Assembly (NCBI GenBank): GCA_038087875.1
Contig: CM075989.1
Location: forward strand, 22,074,001 to 22,138,000
From: Malacoraja senta
Taxonomy: Eukaryota
DNA length: 64,000 nt
Direction: 5' to 3'
Part shown: positions 27,101 to 39,959 of the stretch, in pieces
How positions within the stretch are numbered: position 1 is the first letter of the stretch
Layout: each line of letters starts with the position of its first letter
Notes under the pieces: model-generated
The model's database searches: none
The model's input: the letters and a program-made list of their open reading frames with translations, nothing else
What the model was told of the DNA's origin: nothing
Program-made: the position numbers and the translations under genes

Positions 27101-30100
27101 ACTGTTGCATAACGCAGTTTGGCAATGCAATTAGTATTCACCTTTGTTTGGCTAAGCGCTTGCTTGAAAAGTAATGTATTATATGTTGTGAACAATGTTT
27201 TTTTCCCCCCCAACTACTAAGAAGTTCTCAAAGGGATTAATGATATTAATAAAAACAAATTAAGGCACTTATCTCAGCAGTGATGCCAACAATTGTCATT
27301 CAGGTAATTAGATTTCTGAAAAGCATTTAACCAGAAAACAATGGCATATTATTATGCTGACAGAACAGCGAGTTATTCTGAGTGCTGGGGCTACTTGTCA
27401 CAGTGTTTTTTGAAAAGAATTTCAGCAGGTCTGGCGAACAGCATTTCATAGTGTGTTGAGACTCCTTGGGTTAGTGTATGAGACTAACAGTGGCAAACTA
27501 CACCGAACAACGATCATTCCTGAACAATTGTGTAAAAATTATGCATAGCTATGCAAATTTATCATGAAAAATGTAATCCTATTTTTAACATTATTACAAT
27601 GAAACCAGTTAGACTCTTGCATTTTTCAGTTAAACTGATTTGAGCATTTGCATAGGTTATTGTGTTAGGACATTTACATTCAGTATTTTTTTGCAACGTT
27701 AAGGAAGCTTCTAACAATAAATTACCATGCATTATATATTAACATGATTTTTGAGTTCCATTTTCTATAATACAGCAACTTGGATGTTTTAACTATTAAT
27801 TGGAACAAAACATATTTCATGATCTTTTAATCCTTTCCCTGTCCTCCAGTTCAAAAGGAAAATACAGTACAACGCTTTCTAGTATTGCAGTAATAGAAAC
27901 TTTCATGACAAATGTTGATATTATTGTTCCGAGTTGAAAAATCATTCAATGAGCTATTAGTTATATTAAGTTCATATCACCTTGATAGGGCTTGGTAGGA
28001 ATTATATTCTATCACATGAGGAAATATTGTGTGCTGTACAACTAAAGAAGATGACTAAATTTATATAACACTACAATTCTAAATAATGTGCTTAATAAAA
28101 TTGTTAAACTAGACTGCGAGGGATTAAAGACAAAATAAATATTTCAATTGATTTGTAAAAATTACGGAGTTATAATTTTTTTAAAGTTGCTTCTGAATGA
28201 AATTACCATTGTTATGAAGTTAGAATGAAAAAGTGTAGTTCAATTACAGATATTCCCTAATTTCAATAGTTTTTTGTTACTTATTATTTAAGTTGAGAAA
28301 TAAAAATTCCAGCAATAAGTTTAATTTCATTATTGATCTACAGGAGTTCCCAACCACCAATCCAGAGATATTTGTACTGCTTTGAAAATACGTTCCCTAA
28401 TTTGCTTGCAGGATTATTGCAAATAAATGGCATTGATGAGAAGTAAGCTTGGAGATTGTTTCAATAATAACTCTCTGCACATATTTTCGCGTTTCAATTT
28501 GATTTAAGCTTAGCTCAGTTTGACAAGGCTATGTGCTCCACAAGTCACTTAAACTTGATTTAATGGGCGACATGCGTTGGGAAATGTACAACTCTTTACA
28601 TGTTGGACATCTGAAGTAAATGCAAGCATCACTCTTGGATGTGATAAAGTAATCTTAAGCCATCCCTAGCCTGCCACATCGAGCCTAAAGGGATTTGATG
28701 AGGTGTCAGCACCTTTGGCCCAAGGGTCACTTTCTATTCTTGCTTCCTTTATGACAAAAGCAGGCTTTTGTCTTGTGTATTCATCACTGATGTTGCACAC
28801 AGGCGGGGGGGTTTTCTGCCTTCAGAAACATTTTCATTAAAGGTGAAACTCTGAAGTATCGAAGACAGACTGTATAAGTTAAAACCCAGACCCTCTTATG
28901 CAGCCTGATTGAAATCACTACAGCTCTATGGCTATGTCATGGCCGTCATATCTCAGAAAGACATAAAACACATGGAAACATCAATAAAAAACAAGCTACT
29001 GACAGCTCAGAGACATACCAGCTGATGATAGAAGAAGGGGGGAAGGTTATGGCTCAAGGGGGAATTTTAAAATGCCTAACAGCCAGTGGAAGTGTCTGTA
29101 GACTTCAGGGAGGTTGACGAACACAAGATAAAGTCTATCAGGTTATCACCTGTTCGAGCAGGAACTCAGACAGCAAGGCCGCAGGGACCATGGATGACAC
29201 ATGAACCATTTTATTTGCAAAATATATCAGAGAAGAGGCCCCATACAGTAAGGTTGCCTTGACAGCTCTTATGCCAAGTCAGATAAAAGAAAATGTTAAA
29301 GAGGAAGATGAGCAGTGCGTTCCAGTGAAGGAATTCTGCTTCTAGCCATAATTTACAGACAAAAAAAAGGATTAGCAAAGTGTTTTAATTCTTCGTTAGT
29401 ATAAGTAGAGCAACTCGTGTACTGGGATCAGAGATGTTTTCAAGTAGTAATTTTGTTTGATTGCTATAATAATGAAAATAGCTTTCATAAAGTTCAACCC
29501 TTTGACTGGCTGGGTGAGGGGGGGGGGGGAGACATCACTGTTATTATTTTATTATGCCTGGAAGCATCTTTGATATACATTTGTAATGCAATATTTATCA
29601 GTCTGATTCATAAATTAAAAGTAATTGAAGTTTCAACCAATGATACAGTAATGCTTATTCTTGGCAGGGATAAGTACTCTATTACAGGAAACTAAAGTTT
29701 AGTGAAAACAAGCTAATTATATTTCTTTAAATCTTGACGTCAGATTTATCGCGTTTTCTGTTATCCACATATATCAATATTGCAAATTGCATCAGCATTT
29801 TACAAGTTGCACTTTTCTTATTCTGTAAACTTAGCTTTAATGCTGGGACTTTAGTTGGTGCATTTTCTGGTTCTTTATATTAGATTTAATAATTAACGCA
29901 AATTACTGTGCGTCTTGCACAAATTTTATATAAATCAAAGCACAAAGTGCTGGAGTAACTCTACAGGTCAGGCAACATCTCTGGAGGACATGGATAGGGG
30001 ATGTTTTGGGTCGGGACCCTTCTTCTGACATGGCCAAGATACTTTATAACAAGATGATTTTGATAAGTGTGATAAATATTGATGTAAAAATGTTTTAAAA

Positions 30101-31289
30101 CCTTTCTGAGATATTAGAATTTTGGTATTTGGATGACACATTTTAAAACTTGTGCAGTGATGTTTGTCTCTTATTACTGATAATTTTAAATATATATATT
30201 TATTGCATGCATGGCAAATTTATTTTCCACCAAAATATCAAAAAACTTCCAGCATTGTATATATATTCAGCATCTATTGAAAAATAATATCTCTTCGTTT
30301 ATATTAAATTCAGGCAATGATCTGTTTCGGCAAACTTTTTATTAAGGTGATATATTACTTCAATTTTTTATAGTTGAAAATTTGACTCCACCATAATGTA
30401 AAAAAATAGAACTGCAAATCAAATTATCTCAGCAATGATTCAAAAGTCCTCTGTAAAAATAAGATTACCATTTGTATTTAAAGACCACACAGCACGTTTT
30501 TGGCCACACTCGAGCTATGCTTCAGACCCCTATTTATTTCCAAAAATATAAATTATCTTCCAGCAGATCTTCAATTTTGCTTTTTCAAAATGTTAGCTTA
30601 ATATTTTAAATTACTCAGGTAAAATTATTCAAGCGTTAACATTTTGTGAATTCTTTCAACAGAATCAAAGCAATGAGCAGACAAACGTATGTGTGTTCAT
30701 AGTTCTGGCTTGGGTATTGATATATTAAATATTACTGCTCCCACTGTGTTAGCTCTGGTGTTGATACTTACACTGAAGCACTGAGGTACATAATACCAGC
30801 ACATTGGAAGATATAATCTCAGACCAAGCAGCTGGAAAACTATATTGTGTTAACTGAGTATTGTAAACACAACAGCTTGTAGTAACTGTTTAGTAACCAT
30901 TCCATCACGGATATTTAGATAGTAAATGTGGTAAGAATATGGATAGAAATGAGTGAAAGTGTAAGCTAAGTTTTCTGAATGCTAGACTTTTACATTCAAA
31001 AAGGCATTTGGACAATTTTTAACTCAGTGAGAGCCCTTCAAAAATGTATACTTTTGTTTAAATTCTCCTTGCTGAACAAGCATCCAAAATAGTACCCTCA
31101 GTGTTGAGGAAGAACGGTGGAATCGAGAAACATTGGATAAAATTAGTTCCATGTCGGGCTGTTTGTGCAGATTGTGAACATCATTCAGTGTCCCCGAGTT
31201 ATCTCTCAGTAAGAGGAAGGTTTTTTGTGTAAAATCAATAGCTGTGCCGTACAACTTCCCGAGTGATTTTTCACCATTCCACAATTTTT

Positions 31290-31945
31290 TTTAAACATGA
31301 CAATTTTCAAGCAGTTCAAAAAAGTTCTTCGTCACTTCATTAAATGTTTGCTTTGCTGATGACGCCCATGTGCTGAATGTTGAATAATTCTTTTCATTAA
31401 AAAAAAATTAATGCACATGTCGATTGTTTTATGACAAGTTTTGTCATTTTGTTTTCCGGTAGATACTTTTTGAGGTAAATTAGTTGCTTAATTTTCTTTT
31501 GAGCATCTCATCTATGTTATTTATCAACATTGATGTCTGTCTTTTCAATTCTAGAATTTTGTCTTAAAAGAATGATAAATTAATTGCATGGGAGTAAATA
31601 ATTTTAAGTGAAAAATATATTTATATAATATAAGTGAAAAATATATCACTAGCATTCTTTTAAGACAAAATGCTATAATTGAAAAGGCAGATATCAATGT
31701 TGATGAATAGCATAGATGAGACGCAATAAAGAAAATTAACCAATTAGTTTATCACGGAAGGTAGCTACCAGAAAATTTCCTTAATTGTGTCCGAAAACAA
31801 TTGATACATGAAATGAATTTAAAAAAATTACAAATAATTATTCAGCTTTCGGCATGTGGGTCAGTGGCAGGGCAAGAATTTAAAGAAGTGATCAAATATG
31901 TTTTTGAACTGCTGGAGACACTGAGGAAAATTGTGATGTTTTTAG
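31290..31945. repeat. Long imperfect inverted repeat (foldback)
   Basis: Arms of about 280 bp ending at 31574 and starting at 31653; the inner ~70 bp differ at only 7 positions. Confidence 0.9.
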
Positions 31946-32289
31946 ATGTAAAAAAATGATACATCCTCATTTTTGATGAATTGGCCATTGTTCACAATTT
32001 TTTGTGAATTAGTCAGAAGTTTCAGTTTTTTTTGGAAAATTGCATCTTTGTTCCTTCAGTGAGGATTGTGTGAATCATTGTCAAAACTAAAAGGCAAAGG
32101 GCTGGAGTAACTCAACGGGACATGCGCCACCCGTTAAGGGTGTAACACAAAGTGCAGGAGGGACTCTGCATATTAAGTACGTTGATAACATGATATTTTC
32201 CTAAAATCATAAATTTTGTTCCTTTGTCTCGAACAGAGCTCATCAAGCACTATCAAAGCAAATGCCTGCCCGGTTGACCAAGGAGTACT

Positions 32290-32540
32290 GCATCTCCTGG
32301 TTGCTAACCAATTCAACTCTCTGTCCCATTGCCTGTCCCATTCCCATTCTGTCCTGGGCCTCCTCCACTGTCAGAGTGAGGCCCAGCGCAAATTGGAGGA
32401 ACAGCACCTCACATTTCTCTTGGGCAGCTTACAACCCAGCAGTATGAACGTTGAATCCTCTAATTTTAAGTAACTCCTACTAACACTAGCCTCCTCTCTC
32501 CCGTTGATCCATTCCTCCACCCTGGTCATATAACCAGTTC
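32290..32540 (+). mobile_element. Penelope-like GIY-YIG endonuclease C-terminal remnant
   Basis: VANQFNS...SVLGLLHCQSEAQRKLEEQHLTFLLGSLQPSSMNVESSNFK*, fitting the PLE pattern VAxHFN...LE..I..LG.L.P.G.N. Confidence 0.75.
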
Positions 32541-32635
32541 CGCAGTTTACCGGTGCTAAAATGGGATCTGCAAATTTCCAATGAAATCTCTTCAGTTTTG
32601 CCTTTCTCCCAACACGTTGTTGTTCAACATATTTG

Positions 32636-32905
32636 GGCGGCACGGTGGTGCAGCAATGGAGTTACTGCCTTAGAGCACCAGAGACTCAGGTTCGATCCTG
32701 ACTACGGGTTCTGTCTGTATGGAGTTTGGTCATTCTCCCTGTGACCTGCGTGGGTTAGCTCCTACACTCCAAAGACGTACAGGTTTATAGGTTAATTAGC
32801 TTGGTATTGTTGTAAATTGCCTCCAACGTGTCTAGGATAGCATTAGTGTTAAGGATCGCTGGTCGGCACGGACTTGGTGCGCAGAAGGGCCCAAACTAAA
32901 CTAAA
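32636..32905 (+). mobile_element. HE1-type SINE
   Basis: A box, B box (ggttcgatcc), core and CTAAA tail. Confidence 0.88.
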
Positions 32906-33549
32906 GAAAACATTTCTCATGGGACAAGGATGCAGCAACACACAAGGATGACGGCTTCCTCCTTCTCTCAAAGAGTCGCGGTCAATTAAATACATGCCTG
33001 GAGCGAGGTTCTGTGCTCTGGGTCACAAGGCAACCTACCAAACCTACAAGAAGCGATGCCTGACAGGAGGTCACTGCAATCGGCACATTCTCCTGCTCAT
33101 TGGAGATACAGAAAATAAATGCCATGTCCAGATGATATCTATTGGAATGATCAGCGCTTCATTTATTTTGCATCAAAAGAGCAGAGATCCTTGGAGAGCC
33201 TGTGTCCATCATGTGATGTGCCACTCATAACAAAATTCAGAGATGTTGTAGCAAGCTATTGAACTAATTGTTGTAGAGATTCATTCAGTCATGTGCTACA
33301 ATCAGCGCTGATGAACCCCGTAAAGCAAGATCTGAGAGATTTCAACGCCTCATCAGGGCTCCTCCAACTCATTATTAATGAGAAGTTCAAATGTGAGAGT
33401 ATGCTTGAAGGGAGAGTATGCTTGAAGGTATTGTTCAGAATGCTGGGTATCTCGATTATGACAGATTGGGAAAATCTGAGACTGTGAAAAACTGAGACTG
33501 TGAATATATTACTTACCAGGGAAACCAAAACACGATATAAGAGCAGAAA

Positions 33550-33665
33550 CAAAGAACTGCAGATGCTGGTTTATACCAAAGATAGACACAAAGTGGTGCA
33601 GTAACCCAGCGGGTCAGGCAGCATCTCTGGAGAAAACGGATAGGTGACGTTTCGGGTCGACACCC
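33550..33665 (-). mobile_element. Penelope-like terminus
   Basis: Recurrent terminal repeat including the tail. Confidence 0.75.
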
Positions 33666-33799
33666 TAGACTCTTCATTGATACACAAGTTTTTTAACCTT
33701 CTATCCAAAGGATCTCACCTCAAACCAGGTGGCCAGCCGAGAGATATTTAAAGCATTGGTTTGAACAAAAGCATAATTTTGTTAAATTATAAACACAAA

Positions 33800-34012
33800 G
33801 TGACACAAGGTCCTGGAGTAACTCAGAGGATCAGGCAGCATCTCTGGAGAACATGGATAGGTGATGTTTCAGGTCGAGACCCTTTGTCTGAAGAAGGGTC
33901 CCAATCTGAAATGTCACTTATCCATGATCTCCAGAGATGCTGCCTGATCTACTGAGTTACTCCAGCACTTTGTGCCCTTTTGTGTATTAACCAGCATCTG
34001 CTGTTTCTCCTG
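33800..34012. mobile_element. Palindromic Penelope-like terminus pair
   Basis: Arms meet at about 33885, next to ctgaagaagggtc. Confidence 0.8.
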
Positions 34013-34337
34013 CAAACTGTTATAATAGATGGATGATCAGCTATATCACTTACAATTCTCAAGGCTATCACTCAGGTTGTGCTGCCTGTGCTAATCATTC
34101 AGCTCTTCATCAGTGTGATTGCTCGTCTAAATTGTGGAGCAAGCAATCACTAGCTGACTGCAGAACAAAAGTCTTGGACTTGAACAAAGATATTATCCAT
34201 GCGTGTGCACTGTACAGTGGTAGCAAGCTGTCGTCAATTATAAACTTTCGGTTTTGTGCTTTGCCGATTACGTGGGGTAATTTCTCCAACATTAGCAGAT
34301 CGAAAAAAAGAATGAAGATTGAAGCTGTGTTGCAGCT

Positions 34338-34372
34338 GTGTCTGAAGAAGGGTTTCGGCCCGAAACGTTACC
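34338..34372 (+). ncRNA. Minimal type I hammerhead ribozyme motif (representative copy)
   Basis: CUGAnGA at 34342-34348, helix II with UUCG loop, GAAA, palindromic ACGU helix III, UH site. Confidence 0.65.
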
Positions 34373-34436
34373 TATTTCCTTCGCTCCATAGATGCTGCTG
34401 CACCCGCTGAGTTTCTCCAGCATTTTTGTGTACCTT
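34340..34436 (+). mobile_element. Penelope-like terminus (subfamily B) with intact hammerhead core
   Basis: CTGAAGA-A-GGGT-TTCG-GCCC-GAAACGTT. Confidence 0.8.
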
Positions 34437-34649
34437 GCAGATATAACAATTTGTAGTGCTTTGCCCGATAGTATGGTGCAAAGCAGATCAGAAGGGATTC
34501 AAAATGGACTGGGATATACTGTACACTGGCCTTTGGGATCCTATGGATGGTACTTTGAGAGAGCTGACACAAACATGGGGCAATGGCTTTTGTTTCCAAC
34601 ATGTTGTGCAAGGGTCGACACTTACTAGCTTTCCAAGAGCCATGGCTGA

Positions 34650-34948
34650 AGTTTAGATTTAGTTTTAATTTTAGAGAGACAGCGTGGAAATTGGCCCTTT
34701 GGCCCACTGAGTCTGCGCCGCCCAATGGCCACCCATAGACGAGCATATCCTACACACTAGGGACAATTTACGGAAGCTAAATCAACCAACAATCCTGCTC
34801 GTCTTTGGAATCTGAGAGGAAACCAGAGCACCCGGAGAAAACTCACGCAGGTCACGGGGAGAATGTACAAACTCTGTACAGATAGCACCCGTAGTCAGGA
34901 TCAAACCTGGGTCTCTGGCGCTTTACTGCTGTGCCACTATGCCACCGT
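34650..34948 (-). mobile_element. HE1-type SINE
   Basis: Similar to the other copies. Confidence 0.85.
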
Positions 34949-35374
34949 TTGTTAATATTTGACCATGTGTGATATATTCAGAACAGGAGCAGAGAAGCTC
35001 AAGGGTTTCTCTTTGAGCAGTACCTACCTGTAGTGCATTTTTTGCAACAAGAAATACACTTAGTGAATTATCTGCTGCGGTGTTATTGGAACTACTGGAC
35101 ACATCAACACTGGGCTTTATTAAGCTCCCTTTTCATTACCCTAATCATGTCTGAACCAGCAACAATGTAATTACTAGTTCATCATAAAAGTAGAATTTTA
35201 TTGTATGGAATACAGCAGATCTACACAGGGTGGTGAAGAAGCCTTTTGGCACACCGGCCTTCGTCAGTAATGGCAATGAATATTGAAGTTGGTTCATATT
35301 GTTGCAGTTGTGCGGGATGTTGGCGAGGCCACACTTGGAGTATTGTGCACAGTTTTTGTCAGGAGAGCTTAGGG

Positions 35375-35657
35375 TTTAGTTTAGTTTAGTCTTTAGAGAT
35401 ACAGCGTGGATACAGGCCCTTCGGCCCAATACACCCGTGCTGACCATTGATCACTCATTCACACTATCGCTCCTACAACTAGGGACAATTTACAAGTTTA
35501 CCAAAGCCAATTAATCTACAAACCCGCACGTCTTTGGAATGTGGGAGGAAACCTGTGTAAGCGGTCACTTACAAACTTCGTACAGATAGAACTCAAAGTC
35601 AGTATAGAACCCGTGTCTCTGGTGCTGTGAGGCAGTGACTCTACCACTGTGCTACCG
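35375..35657 (-). mobile_element. HE1-type SINE
   Basis: Similar to the other copies. Confidence 0.85.
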
Positions 35658-35734
35658 AACCACCCTATTAGTACCTCATTAGAAACAGTTCCACTTTTCC
35701 ACTCTTGTGGTGGCCAAGATGAACAGAGTACTGG

Positions 35735-35826
35735 CGAAGAAGGGTATCGACCCAAAACGTCACCCACCCCTTCTCTTCAGAGATGCTGCCTGTCCCGCTG
35801 AGTTACTCCACCACTTTGTGTCTATC
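35735..35826 (+). mobile_element. Penelope-like terminus
   Basis: gaagaagggtatcgacccaaaacgtcacc...gttactcca. Confidence 0.75.
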
Positions 35827-35894
35827 CAAGGTGAATAGAGATCTTCATTGGTGTTTCTGTTGTTGCTTGATTTGCTCTGAGGCAATACAGCTGA

Positions 35895-36208
35895 TTTAGT
35901 TTAGAGATACAATGCAGAAACAGGCCCTTCGGCCCATCGTGTCCGCACCAACCAGCGATCCCCGCACACTAACACTATCCTACACACACACTAGGGACAA
36001 TTTACATTTCTACCAAGCCAATTAACCTACAAACCTATGCGTCTTTGGAGTGTGGGAGGAAACCAAAGATCTCGGAGAGAACCCACATAGTCACGGGGAG
36101 AAAGTACAAACTCCATACAGAGAGCAGCAGAGGTCAGGATCGAACCTGGGTCTCTGGCGCTGTAAGCGCTGTCAGGCAGCAACTCTACCACTGCGCCACC
36201 ATGCTGCC
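35895..36208 (-). mobile_element. HE1-type SINE
   Basis: Full body with A and B boxes on the minus strand. Confidence 0.9.
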
Positions 36209-36425
36209 CTGGATGGATATTAAATCATTAGCCTGGAACTTCTCCTTAGGCAGATCCCAGAAGCTGGACTAGAAATGGTACCGTCATTAGGTGCCAAATT
36301 ACATCTAAGTACCTTTCAGGTCTATTTGGAATACAGACAAACTTAAACTTAGGTTAAGCCGGAGTAAAAATATACAGTGCTACGAAAACCATTGAGCTCA
36401 TTCCTTCTTGAACAATAAACATTTA

Positions 36426-36740
36426 ATAGACAACAGACAATAGACAATAGGTGCAGGAGTAGGTCATTCGGCCCTTCGAGCCCGCACCGCCATTCAATGT
36501 GATCATGGCTGATCATCCCCAATCAGTACCCCGTTCCTGCCTTCTCCCCATATCCCCTGACTCTGCTATCTTTAAGAGCCCTATCTAGCTCTCTCTTGAA
36601 AGAATCCAGAGAACCGGCCTCCACCGCCCTCAGAGGCAGAGAATTGCACAGACTCACAACTCTCTGTGAGAAAAAGTGTTTCCTCGTCTCCGTTCTAAAT
36701 GGCTTACCCCTTATTCTTAAACTGTGGCCCCTGGTTCTAG
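36426..36740 (-). mobile_element. CR1 3' end with (CTATTGT)n tail
   Basis: Near reverse complement of 40280-40535. Confidence 0.88.
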
Positions 36741-38120
36741 ATTTAAAGTTTCAATGAATATACCCATTGAATATATCCATGTTCACAGACATCAGGAACA
36801 GCAATGAAAGTGTATTGTCACCTGCACCGGTACAATGATGTAAGATCTTGCTGACTGCAGCATGACATAGTCTCGCACAATACACACACAAACATTGTAC
36901 ATAAATTACATGCAAAGTCTCCACGATGGCGAAAAGAAGAAAAGACTGCAAAGTAAAAACAAGTCATGAGTGCAAAAATACTCCATGAAAAAGTAGAGTG
37001 TACAGGCAACATGCAGATATTTTGCATGTTTGCATTTCATCAGGGATCGCTGGTCGGTGCGGACTCAGTGGGCCGAAGTGCCTGTTTCAGCGCAGTATCT
37101 CGAAACTAAGCTAAAATTTGTCACGCTAGAATATGATGGATGAAAAAGATTTAAAAGGAATTTGAATATTTTGTAGATACACTTAATTCATTTACACGTT
37201 AAAATTCTCCTTGCATTAAAAACATGACCTGGATGATTCTCTGAGCACTGATGTGGTGGAATCTCCATAATATTTGAATCACAACTTTGTGTTTAGTTTC
37301 TAAATGTTAACGTGTATTGCTGTAAGTTCAGTTGTTGAAATATCATTGCCCTCAAAATGAGACTGCATTAAAATGTCTCCATCCATAAAAATCAATAATT
37401 TCACTGCATTAGTTTACTTATGCCCTATCTTGTATGAGGTTAAGCAATTAGGTAGATTCAGTGAGAGATCAAAAGAGTACAAAGGGAATTTGTCACAGCC
37501 ACAGTTTATTATTAGTCTATAAAAATACTTTGTACTATTTGAACTGGAACTTAGGCAGCCACATCTATCCGAAATATTACAAAGCATACCTACTTTGGTT
37601 GTGGATTCCTCAGTCATTATCCTCTGAGTACAGTCACACATGAACAACATTGACCTTTAGGCTTCTGCTTTAATCCCTTCAAACCTGTCTCGTAAAATTT
37701 ACACAAGTCTCTTTTCACTTCTTTTCACCTCAACACACTGCCCTATCCTGATCCATATTTGTTGATTTCCATTTCTGTTACGTTTTGACAATTTCACTAC
37801 TTTATATCTAACAAGGTTCAATTCTACAAGAGGTTTTTTTTAATATATAGTTTTGAATCAAGCCTGTTCTGTTTTAGAAGCCAGCAGCAGGAACCTAAAA
37901 ACAAGTTGTCATTTATCGGGTATGTTCTCGTCATGATGGCCAAACACTTTCAAGGAGTGGGTAACTCAACAAACCACATGTAAGCTTTCAGATAAAAAGT
38001 GACTCCAAGGCTAGGATGGTTAAAATGGTGTAAAGGACGAGTCGCACCACAGACTTTGGTCTTTGCACTCTTGTGGTTACCTAATATTACAGTTTATTTA
38101 AGAACAAAACTGCAGACTAT

Positions 38121-38572
38121 AGGGCAGTCACGGTAGTGCAGCGGTAGAGTTGCTGCCTTACAGCAAAATGTAATATCAGCGCCAGAGACCCGGGTTTGAT
38201 CCCGACTACGGGACTCATGCTGTCTACAAACTCAACTATGGAAGTAGTCGGGATCCAACTATGGATCCCGACTACAAACTCATGCTGTCTGTATGGAGTT
38301 TGTACGTACTCCCCGTGATCTGCGTGGGTTTTCTACGAGATCTTCGGTTTCCTCGCACACTTCAAAGACGTACAGGTTTGTAGGTTATTTGGCTTGAACC
38401 CAGGACTCTGGAACCCGGGACTCTGGCACTGTAAGACTCTACCACTACGCCACCATGCCGCCCCAATTTATTGAATTTTTGACTATTATATACTATCTGT
38501 ATGTTATTGGGTTTACGGGACTCAGTGAGCTGAAGGGCCTGTTTCTGCACTGTATCTCTAAACTAAACTAAA
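38121..38572 (+). mobile_element. Rearranged HE1-type SINE
   Basis: Contains an internal duplication and an inverted SINE head at about 38395-38462. Confidence 0.8.
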
Positions 38573-38944
38573 GTCTATCGGAGGATGAGAAACTTCTGTA
38601 ACCCCAAGTTTTTGAATTTGATTACTCCAGTCACTCTGGGCTGTAGGGTTGGGTTCTTTACTTTTCTTTGATCACAGGCAATCATAGTACCAGGTAACTC
38701 AACATGCAGTCTCCACATGCCCATCAGGGGACTTCCTGCACTACACAAAATAAGTCCTCATTTTAACAATTGATGGTAGGAACCAAAATTAACGTGGGGC
38801 GAGATTGAATAACCAATAATCTTATGCAATGATAATAATATAATTAGTAGTCGTAAAATTATAACTAGAGCAATAATATATTGCATAGTATTATTATAAA
38901 TCTTACAGAAATAAATGCAATACAATAAACTAAGATTACACTTC

Positions 38945-39061
38945 GTGTTTAAGAAGGAAATGCAGATGTCTGAAGAAGGGTTTCATCCCGAAACGTTGCC
39001 TATTTCCTTCGCTCCATAGATGCTGCTGCACCCGCTGAGTTTCTCCAGCCCTTTTGTCTAC
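38945..39061. mobile_element. Short inverted Penelope-like insertion with 15-bp TSD
   Basis: ctaagattacacttc at 38930-38944 and 39062-39076. Confidence 0.85.
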
Positions 39062-39102
39062 CTAAGATTACACTTCCATAGATATCTACAATGGGAGATT
39101 TG

Positions 39103-39290
39103 AGGGCCTGTCCCACTTACATGATTTTTTCGGCGACTGCCGGCACCCTTCATAGTCGCAGCCGGTTGCCGAAAAATTTCAACATGTTGAAAATCCAGCG
39201 GCGACCAGAAAAAGGTACAACTCTTTGGGCGACTATTCACGACCATAGAGGCGTCACCCCGCGACATGTCGCATAAGTGGGACAGACCCT
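39103..39290. mobile_element. MITE (PIF/Harbinger-like, non-autonomous)
   Basis: 17-bp TIRs AGGGCCTGTCCCACTTA and TAAGTGGGACAGACCCT (1 mismatch); central 16-bp palindrome TTTCAACATGTTGAAA. Confidence 0.8.
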
Positions 39291-39959
39291 TTAACCTTTT
39301 TCTTTTACAGGGTTTGACTTATCAGAAGAAATTGTGCCCATTGTTTTGCACAGGAAGGAACAGCTACAAAGGAGAAGAGAGAGATGACATCTTTGTTTAT
39401 ATCTTTAATTGGATTGATTTAAATATATTTAATTGCTTTTGATTGATTTCCAATTTTCTAATGATCTGACTTTTTTTTTTAAAGCTCTTCATTATTTTGA
39501 AGATATTTTTACAGGAACATTTAATATAATTTCCCCCAGAGCACCTGGAGGAAACCCACATGGGCTCGGGGAGAACGTGCAAACTCCACACTAGACAGCA
39601 CCCGAGGTCAGGATCGAACCCATGTCTCCAGTTCTGTGAGACCAGCTGCACCCTAATTGACATCAATGTAGACATTAATAACAAAGGAAAAACAATCAAT
39701 TCTTGCCCTTTACTGGTGATTGCATTCTCATCTCATTTCTTTGCACAAGATATGTCCCATGTTGTAGGAGAAGATTTTGCTGGTGCCATTGCTACTATGC
39801 ATCTGCTATCATTATTCTACCATGTGGTAGAGTTTGTGGTCTGCTTGAATATAATTGAAAGGCAAGTGGCGAGAATTTATTCAACATTCAAGTGATCATC
39901 TTTGTTGTTACTGACAAGTACTTGTTGTGATGGGAGGTAACTCACTCCTTGCTCCATGT

